This document shows positions 57,665 to 64,000 of a stretch of DNA of 64,000 nt, one piece after another; position 1 is the stretch's first letter; every line of letters begins with the position of its first letter. The DNA comes from Thermoanaerobaculia bacterium. GTDB lineage: Bacteria > Acidobacteriota > Thermoanaerobaculia > Multivoradales > Multivoraceae. The notes beneath the pieces are model-generated. The model had not been told where the DNA came from, did not search any database, and was given only the letters and a program-made list of their open reading frames with translations. Position numbers and translations under genes: made by a program. The DNA is taken from the NCBI GenBank assembly GCA_963664405.1, contig OY761158.1:320001-384000 (forward strand), in the 5' to 3' direction.

Positions 57665-58245
57665 AATCCCTCTTCGCCCTCGACCGCGCTCTGGAAGTCC
57701 TCGACCTTGTGACTCATCATCACCAAGTCGTGACTGTTGCCATCCAAATCCTTGACGTGGTCCTTGAGCAGGGCCTCCGGGCGGAAACCAAGGGACTCGA
57801 AGACCGAGATCGCTCCCTTCTGATCCACCGTCATGCGCGCCACCATCTTCTCTATACCGCTGCGCAGGGCGGTCTTGAAGCCCTCTTGCGTCAGCAGCCG
57901 CCCCAGGCCCTTGCCTCTCACCGCTGGAGACACGACCACTCGAAGCTCAGCGACATGCGCGGACCATCGAAGCGCGTTGCGGTGAATGGTGCCATAGCCC
58001 ACTACTTCATCGTCCGAGCGGGCGAGAACGGTCAGCGCATCTCCGGACTCGACATCACGGAGCCAGTCCTCGATCACCTCGAGCTGAGTGATATCGCGCC
58101 TCAAGAAGAGTAAGTCGTGCTCCTCCAGCCCTTGGGAAAAGGCGAGCACTGCCTCCGCGTCCTTGGCGCTCATGTACGACAGAATGACTTGCAGCTCACC
58201 AAGCTGCCGGATCGCCGGGTAATCAGGATCTCGTTCCAAGCTCAT
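57661..58245 (-). CDS. GNAT-family N-acetyltransferase
   Basis: 'VVSPAVRGKGLG' and 'VFESLGF..EA.LKDHV.D..G..HDL'. Confidence 0.85.
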   Translation of the reverse strand: MSLERDPDYPAIRQLGELQVILSYMSAKDAEAVLAFSQGLEEHDLLFLRRDITQLEVIEDWLRDVESGDALTVLARSDDEVVGYGTIHRNALRWSAHVAELRVVVSPAVRGKGLGRLLTQEGFKTALRSGIEKMVARMTVDQKGAISVFESLGFRPEALLKDHVKDLDGNSHDLVMMSHKVEDFQSAVEGEEGF

Positions 58246-58435
58246 AAACAACGCTCCGCAAGCCACACATCACTGGCCGCATCCATGAGGGGGTAGCCGA
58301 AACTCTGGGGAGGGTCCTTGTCACTCATCGAGTCGCTCAGGCTCACGACTGGAGCCGGCAGTCTATCCCGAGATCGATCTCCTGCGGCACCGCCGGCCTC
58401 AGTTGAAATTTGGCATCTTCACCCAGACGACCTAG

Positions 58436-59989
58436 GAGTCTGCGCGGCAGAAACGGAGTGTTTAGTGAAGAGATCGAAGACGGAGTAGAGTTGTGGCATG
58501 CCAACGTCATTTCGTCCGTATGCCCCGGATCAGCTGTATCTGTTAGCTCCGAGCCCTCGTGACTGGTTGCCGGAGGGTCACTTGGTGTACTTCATCTCCG
58601 AGACGGTGGAGGCGCTGGATCTGTCGTCGTTCTACGCTCGTTACGAGGGGGATGGTCGTCGGAATCAGCCGTTCGATCCTCGGATGATGGTGAAGGTTTT
58701 GCTGTATGCGTATGCGACGGGGACGTATTCGTCGCGTGGCATCGCGCGCAAGCTCGAGGAGGACGTGGCCTATCGTTTTCTGGCGGCGGGCAACTCTCCG
58801 GCGCATCGCACGATTTGTGAGTTTCGTCAGCTTCATTTGGCGGCCTTCCACGCACTGTTCGTGCAGGTGGTGCAGATCGCGCGTGAGGCCGGGGTGTTGC
58901 GTCTGGGGACGTTGGTGGTGGACGGTACGAAGGTCAAGGCCAACGCGAGCAAGCGCAAGTCGATGAGCTACGGTCGAATGCTGGAGGAGGAGAAGCGTCT
59001 GGAGGAGGAGATCGCCGCGCTGATGGCGCAGGCCGAGGCGGTGGATACGGCTGAGGATGCCGAGCATGGAGCGCAGCTGCGCGGCGATGAGCTGCCGGCC
59101 GAGCTGCAACGGCGCGAGCAGCGCTTGGCGAAGATCCAGGAGGCGAAGGCGCGCCTCGAGGCGCGCCAGGCCGAGAAGGACCGCGCGCGCGGCCGTACGG
59201 AGGATGACGACGACGATCCGCCTCGTCGCGGACGCCCCTTCGCGCGCGATTTCGGTGTTCCGGAGGACCGGGCCCAAGACAACTTCACCGATCCGCAGAG
59301 TCGGATCATGAAAACGGTCCATGGCTACGATCAGTGCTACAACGGCCAGTTGGCGGTGGAGGAAGAGTCGCAGATGATCGTCTCGACGAGCCTGACGAAC
59401 AACGCCGCGGACGTGGACCAGATGATGCCGTTGCTCTCCCGGGCGAAGGCGGCGCTGGGGGAGGATCCCGAGCAGGTCTTGGCGGACGCGGGGTATCGCA
59501 GCGAGGCGACATTCCTCGAACTCGAGGAGCGAAGCATTGACGCTCACATCTCCTTGGGTCGAGAGGGAAAGAAGTGGGAAGTGAGTACGCAGCTCGAAGC
59601 GTCTCACCGCATGCAGATCAAACTCGCCAGCGAGGCCGGCAAGCAACGCTACCGACGGCGCAAGGCGGTCGTGGAACCGGTGATCGGGTGGATCAAAGAG
59701 GTGCTGGGCTTCCGACGATTCAGCCTCCGGGGCCAAGACAATGTCGGCCACGAGTGGGATCTGGTGTGTCTGGCCGTCAACTTGAAGCGCTTCCACGTCC
59801 TCCAAGCGGCTTCATGAGCCGCTCCGGGCCATGCCACCGAGTTAGAGCTCACTATACGACCCGCATCGCGCTTCCTGACGCCTCGTCAGGCTTGCTCAAC
59901 GCACTCTCCGCCATCCGAAACCCAATGCGGCGTCCATTCTGCAGCGCGATCGAAGCTTCACCGTACCCGCACTCCTGCCGCGCAGACTC
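58436..59989 (+). mobile_element. Complete IS1182-family insertion sequence (1554 bp)
   Basis: Perfect 15-bp IR GAGTCTGCGCGGCAG / CTGCCGCGCAGACTC; CTAG duplicated at 58432-58435 and 59990-59993. Confidence 0.92.
58498..59817 (+). CDS. IS1182-family DDE transposase
   Basis: 'PFDPRMMVKVLLYAY', 'SSR.I', 'VDGTKVKANAS', 'TDP.SRIMK', 'YNGQ', 'ADAGY', 'RR...VEPVIG.IK..GFRRF.LRG'. Confidence 0.95.
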   Translation: MPTSFRPYAPDQLYLLAPSPRDWLPEGHLVYFISETVEALDLSSFYARYEGDGRRNQPFDPRMMVKVLLYAYATGTYSSRGIARKLEEDVAYRFLAAGNSPAHRTICEFRQLHLAAFHALFVQVVQIAREAGVLRLGTLVVDGTKVKANASKRKSMSYGRMLEEEKRLEEEIAALMAQAEAVDTAEDAEHGAQLRGDELPAELQRREQRLAKIQEAKARLEARQAEKDRARGRTEDDDDDPPRRGRPFARDFGVPEDRAQDNFTDPQSRIMKTVHGYDQCYNGQLAVEEESQMIVSTSLTNNAADVDQMMPLLSRAKAALGEDPEQVLADAGYRSEATFLELEERSIDAHISLGREGKKWEVSTQLEASHRMQIKLASEAGKQRYRRRKAVVEPVIGWIKEVLGFRRFSLRGQDNVGHEWDLVCLAVNLKRFHVLQAAS

Positions 59990-60186
59990 CTAGCCTGGAT
60001 TATTCATGAGGTCCGTAGCGAGGTGCCGCAGATGCCCGGAGATACAAGGCGTCGCGACCGAGGGCACCGCAGGCGTATTTGGCAATACGTCGAGGGGCGC
60101 GATGGGGACGCCCAGTCCGAGCGCAACGAAGTAGATTCGGGCAGCTGCGGCACCGCAGTAGGAGCTTCATGAACAATCCAGGCTAG
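59990..60186. repeat. CTAG-bounded palindromic element, copy 5 (TIR type D), abutting IS1182
   Basis: TIR CTAGCCTGGATT(A/G)TTCATGA; core GCAGGCGTATTTGGCAATACGTCGAG (compensatory variant). Confidence 0.87.
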
Positions 60187-60198
60187 GATACGCAGGCC

Positions 60199-61257
60199 AT
60201 GAGTGAGACTCCTAGAGCTGGGCAGGTAGTGGCGGTAGTCGGCGCGACGGGAGCCGTCGGTGCGGTCCTGCTCGAGGTTCTCGAGGAGCGTTCGTTTCCG
60301 GTGGCCGAGTTACGCCCACTGGCCAGCGCGAGATCCGCAGGCTCGACGATCGAATTCTGCGGTCAGCAAGTGCGGGTCGAAGAAGCGACGCCTGAGAGCT
60401 TCGATGGCGCCGACTTCGTTTTTTTCGCCGCGACTGGTTCTCTTTCTCGTGATCTCGCACCAGAAGTCGCCCGTCGGGGCGGCGTGGCCATCGACAAGTC
60501 CTCGACCTGGCGTATGGATCCGCGGGTGCCATTGGTGGTTCCTGAAATCAACGCCGACAGCCTCGAAGGTCACGAGGGGATCATCTCCTGCCCCAACTGC
60601 ACCACCATCGGTCTGGTCATGGCACTCGAGCCCCTGCGCCGAATGGCCGGTCTTCGCAGTGTCGTCGTTACGACTCTTCAAGCCGTCAGTGGCGCGGGCC
60701 TTCCCGGTCTCGAAGAGCTCCGCGAGCAGCAAGTGGCTCTCCAGGCCGGCGAGTCGGTGCCTGAGCCCGAGACCTTTGCCGCACAGATCGCGGATAACGT
60801 AGTCGCTCTGTGCGACACGCTTGGCGACGACGGCTACACCGCCGAGGAGAACAAGCTTCTTGACGAGACTCGAAAGATCCTCACCCTGCCTGATCTACCG
60901 GTCAGCATGACCTGTGTGCGGGTACCCGTTCCCGTCGGTCACTCGGCCACTGTGCTGGTCGAGACCGAGCAAGAGCTCGACCTCGACGCCGCCCGAGAGG
61001 CTCTCGCTGCCTTCCCCGGCGTTGAGGTGTTGACCGACGACCAGCTCCCTTCTCCAGCTGCCGTCGCCGGCCGTGACGAAGTGCTCATCGGCCGAGTCCG
61101 GCGCGACCTCCACAGCAGTCGGATCTGGCTCTGGGAGGTCAGCGACAACCTCCGCAAGGGCGCTGCGACCAACGCGGTTCAGATAGCTGAAGAGTTATTG
61201 CGACGAAACCTAGCCGGTGTTCGTGAAGACGCCGCCATATTGGCACCTCTTTCTTAA
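60199..61257 (+). CDS. asd: Aspartate-semialdehyde dehydrogenase
   Basis: 'VVGATGAVG', 'LAS.RSAG', 'VPLVVPEIN', 'PNCTT', 'QAVSGAG', 'CVRVPV..GHS', 'DNLRKGAATNAVQIAE'. Confidence 0.96.
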   Translation: MSETPRAGQVVAVVGATGAVGAVLLEVLEERSFPVAELRPLASARSAGSTIEFCGQQVRVEEATPESFDGADFVFFAATGSLSRDLAPEVARRGGVAIDKSSTWRMDPRVPLVVPEINADSLEGHEGIISCPNCTTIGLVMALEPLRRMAGLRSVVVTTLQAVSGAGLPGLEELREQQVALQAGESVPEPETFAAQIADNVVALCDTLGDDGYTAEENKLLDETRKILTLPDLPVSMTCVRVPVPVGHSATVLVETEQELDLDAAREALAAFPGVEVLTDDQLPSPAAVAGRDEVLIGRVRRDLHSSRIWLWEVSDNLRKGAATNAVQIAEELLRRNLAGVREDAAILAPLS

Positions 61258-61275
61258 ACGCAATTAGCCTTCCCT

Positions 61276-61286
61276 CCCCCCCCCCC
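61276..61286. repeat. Poly-C tract (C11), intergenic
   Basis: Eleven consecutive C between asd and the tonB promoter. Confidence 0.85.
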
Positions 61287-61323
61287 GGTACCGAGGCGGC
61301 TCGGAGTGTTTGCCACTCCAATT

Positions 61324-61338
61324 TGGCACGGTTCTTGC
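61324..61338 (+). promoter_or_regulatory. Sigma54 (RpoN) -24/-12 promoter upstream of tonB
   Basis: TGGCACG-GTTC-TTGC matches the TGGCACG-N4-TTGC consensus. Confidence 0.75.
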
Positions 61339-61496
61339 GAAAATTTGGCTATCCGTGGCCGAGAGCTTCGGCAGAGAACCTCGACCCGGTTTCAAGCGTA
61401 GATAGTAGTGAGAGGCAGCCGATACAACATCCAAGCAGTGCAGCTCCTAAGCAGGCGGCCCTAGATCCCAGTAACTAACCTTTTGTAGGTCTCGAC

Positions 61497-62246
61497 ATGG
61501 CACTAAGACTCGAACGAAAATACGACCAGCGCTTCAGCAACAGCTCTCCTTCGCGCTCCACTTCGAGAAGTCTCGCGCTCGGAGTTCCGTCCTTCATTCT
61601 GGACACTCAGAAAGACGATCGCGTCATGTTCTGGGCCGTGGGGGCAGCCGCTCTCTTTCACGCCGTTCTCTTCATGGTGACCTTTCCTTCTTTCCGCAAT
61701 ACAGAGCCACGGACGCTGAAGAGCTCGCAAAAGGCGTATGTCATCCAGCAGGTACGTTTCAAACAACCAGAGCCGGTCAAGGCCAATCCTCTACCCAAGA
61801 AGCGAGTCAAGAAAATACCGATTCCAGACCCGACACCCGATCTTCCCGAGCCCATCCGCACCTACGAGTACGAAGCCCCGGAGATTGACGTTCCAGAGAT
61901 CGGCGACTTCGAGATTGCCGGTCTCCCGGACGCTCCCCCGGGCGCCGGCGTTCCTGGGGCCATATCAATGGGTGGCGAGGTCGACCCTCCGGAAAAGCTC
62001 TTCGCGCCTCAGCCGGGGTACACCGAGGAGGCGCGCCAAGCCCGTGTACAGGGCGTCGTGATCCTGCAAGCGGTGATCGACGCGCTCGGCCAAGTGACGA
62101 ACATCAAGGTGCTCAAGGGGCTTCCTCAGGGCCTCGCCGATGCCGCGGTGATGACCGTCGCGACCTGGAGGTTCAAGCCCGCCACGCTCAAGGGCAAGCC
62201 GGTACCGGTGTACTACAACTTCACCGTCAACTTCTCGTTGCAGTAG
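61497..62246 (+). CDS. tonB: Energy transducer TonB family protein
   Basis: TM helix with His ('AALFHAVL'), Pro-rich linker, C-terminal 'P.YTEEAR.ARVQG.V.L...ID..G.V...WRFKPA...G.PV'. Confidence 0.88.
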   Translation: MALRLERKYDQRFSNSSPSRSTSRSLALGVPSFILDTQKDDRVMFWAVGAAALFHAVLFMVTFPSFRNTEPRTLKSSQKAYVIQQVRFKQPEPVKANPLPKKRVKKIPIPDPTPDLPEPIRTYEYEAPEIDVPEIGDFEIAGLPDAPPGAGVPGAISMGGEVDPPEKLFAPQPGYTEEARQARVQGVVILQAVIDALGQVTNIKVLKGLPQGLADAAVMTVATWRFKPATLKGKPVPVYYNFTVNFSLQ

Positions 62247-62293
62247 TCGGGGCGTAGAGCTCTTGCGCCCCGCGGACCGTGGGTCGTCCGGCG

Positions 62294-64000
62294 CTACGGA
62301 GGTGTCCAGTTGCCCGGCGGCCGGAAGTACAGAGTCATTCTCGCGCGGCGCGCGCGGCCGGATGACTGATTGTGAAAGCTGGCGTGGATCAGCGTGACGG
62401 TCGGTGTCCGCTCGATCATCGGGTTGCTCACCCAACGAGCCTCGCCAATGGCGCAAGGCTCGACCCCGAAGCAGTCTCCCCGGCCACCCTCATCCTCCGC
62501 CTCATAGCGAAAGCCGATAAAGCGAGCGCCCTGCGGAAGAACGCCAATGAGGTCCTGACAGGCTCCCTTCTGCTCCGCCAGCTCCGCGACCAGAGTTCTC
62601 CCGCTCTCGCTCAGAAGCGTTGCTGGAAGCGAGTTGCCCCAGGGATCCGCGACGACTCCGCCAAACGCACTTGCGCTCGCCGCGGCTGGACCGAAGACCT
62701 CGTCACGCAAAATCCGAATCCGCTCGTCCCGTAGATCTCCGCACGATTCGGGCGCCGGCGTCACGGAAGCCTCGGCTTCGACAACCAACGCCCACTCGCC
62801 AGGCTTGCACTCGGGACACGCCCCACCGCGAAAGAAAACCGGGTGAGACTGGAGCGACGGCACCGTGGGAGCCGGCGCCCGAGGAAGAGGAGTGGTGGGC
62901 GACGCGGGCGGGTCTTCTCGTACCACTTCCGCTGGGCGTGGAACACCCCTCACATCAAGCGGGCTCGCGTCGGCCAGCCGCACCGGCGGAGCAGCGGGAG
63001 GGACCACGGGTGGCACCGGCGGAAGAGGCTCGACGTTGACGGCCGGAAAGACCGGCGGTGCCTTGGGGACAGGAGGCGGCGCCGGCTCAGCCGGCGGCGC
63101 GGCCTCAGCGGGCGGTGGAACGGAGCGCGGCGGGGGAGGTGGAGGTGGAGGTGAGGGCGGCGGTGGCTCAGCGACAGACTGCGTCGGCGGGACCTCCACC
63201 TCAGCAGCCGGCGACGAAAGAGCGGTGACCGCAGGCGGAGACTGTGCCTCCCTCTCGGCGACTTCCTCTACCGGCACCGGCGGCGGAGCCTCAGGAGCCG
63301 GAGGTGCCACGGGCTCGGCAGCCAGAGTCGCTGGTGCAGAAGGAGGTGCTGCCACCGGTGCCGAAGGCGGTACGGGAGCCGGGGAGGGCGCGGGAGCTGG
63401 AGGAGGAGGAGCTGGAGGAGGAGGAGGAGGAATGGCCCCAGGAGGCGGTTCGGCCTCGGCTACCTGAGGGGGCGTGAGCACCGCGACGTCGACGCCTCGA
63501 GTGGGCTTCCTATGCCGCCGCTGCTCAGCCCTCTTGACCGCCTTCTCGTCCTGCTTCGCCAGCTTCCGAGACTGGGCCCGACGTTTCTTCTCTTCCTTGC
63601 GCTCGGACTTAGTGCCGGCGACCAGAACCACATCTCCACTACCGGGGTGAAAGAAACGAACTTCGAGAGGCTCCCAAAAGGTCCCAGTCCTCTGGCGGGA
63701 GCTGAAGCCGATCACCGGGGGCGCACTCACGCTCAGCTTCAAGTAGCTGTTGAAGATCATGTACCCTGCAGCCCTCACCTCGACCTGCCATTCGCCCTCG
63801 GCTAGATGGAGAACCTCCACCTGGCCACCCTCGTCGGTAAAAACGAAGGGCGGCGACGAATCCGCGGAGCCGGTCTCGCGGATCAGGACTACGGCAGCTC
63901 CTGGAATCGACCGACCAAGCTCGTCGCGCACTTCGATACCGACCGACGCTTCGCCGATCCAGTCCTGGGCGCTCAGGGGTGCGCAGAGCAGCAGCGAGGA
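62294..64000 (-). CDS. Partial secreted protein: carboxypeptidase-regulatory-like N-domain, long Pro-rich linker, Cys-containing C-domain (start outside window)
   Basis: Frame is open to the window end, adding 'SSLLLCAPLSAQDW' (signal-peptide end); 'VRDELGRSIPGAAV..TDEGG...G.W.VEV.A.GY'; ~200 aa Pro/Ala-rich segment. Confidence 0.75.
   Translation of the reverse strand, partial: SSLLLCAPLSAQDWIGEASVGIEVRDELGRSIPGAAVVLIRETGSADSSPPFVFTDEGGQVEVLHLAEGEWQVEVRAAGYMIFNSYLKLSVSAPPVIGFSSRQRTGTFWEPLEVRFFHPGSGDVVLVAGTKSERKEEKKRRAQSRKLAKQDEKAVKRAEQRRHRKPTRGVDVAVLTPPQVAEAEPPPGAIPPPPPPAPPPPAPAPSPAPVPPSAPVAAPPSAPATLAAEPVAPPAPEAPPPVPVEEVAEREAQSPPAVTALSSPAAEVEVPPTQSVAEPPPPSPPPPPPPPRSVPPPAEAAPPAEPAPPPVPKAPPVFPAVNVEPLPPVPPVVPPAAPPVRLADASPLDVRGVPRPAEVVREDPPASPTTPLPRAPAPTVPSLQSHPVFFRGGACPECKPGEWALVVEAEASVTPAPESCGDLRDERIRILRDEVFGPAAASASAFGGVVADPWGNSLPATLLSESGRTLVAELAEQKGACQDLIGVLPQGARFIGFRYEAEDEGGRGDCFGVEPCAIGEARWVSNPMIERTPTVTLIHASFHNQSSGRARRARMTLYFRPPGNWTPP

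Noticed and set aside
58543-59805. 420-aa ORF antisense to the IS1182 transposase
   Set aside because: Shadow ORF with no recognisable motifs.
39299-60186. CRISPR array or tRNA interpretation of the repeats
   Set aside because: Copies are dispersed, 165-197 bp long, with no repeat-spacer periodicity, no cas genes and no cloverleaf.
62865-63467. Gly-rich 200-aa plus-strand ORF
   Set aside because: Reverse complement of the Pro-rich linker codons.

Overview
A GC-rich bacterial chromosomal window. The Acidobacterial VWFA-like gene, DUF5916 and six PQQ/BamB-like beta-propeller paralogues suggest Acidobacteriota; this is an inference. No rRNA, tRNA or CRISPR was seen. Two observations stand out. 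(1) A tightly coupled ~14-16 kb minus-strand cluster: four exported PQQ-like beta-propellers, an iron-type alcohol dehydrogenase, a HemN-like radical SAM enzyme, a TonB-dependent receptor, a flavin-dependent halogenase-like enzyme (GxGxxG + WxWxIP), DUF3311 and a Na+/solute symporter. It matches no pathway I recognise and is a candidate undescribed import/biosynthesis system. (2) Five 165-197 bp CTAG-bounded palindromic elements with four different terminal repeats but one conserved central stem-loop. That stem shows a compensatory base-pair change, and the arm mismatches are mostly G-U compatible on one strand, suggesting a structured RNA/ssDNA mobile element family. Also present: complete IS256 and IS1182 elements with target duplications, several frameshifted or truncated genes (SAM methyltransferase, GNAT remnant, STAS protein, histidine kinase), an RNase HI with a second apparently dead RNase H domain, dgcN-dgcA-M42, a PaaK-like ligase with a TAXI-TRAP transporter, nfuA, asd, and a TonB gene behind a consensus sigma54 promoter. 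All product calls come from motif recognition by eye, without database searches.
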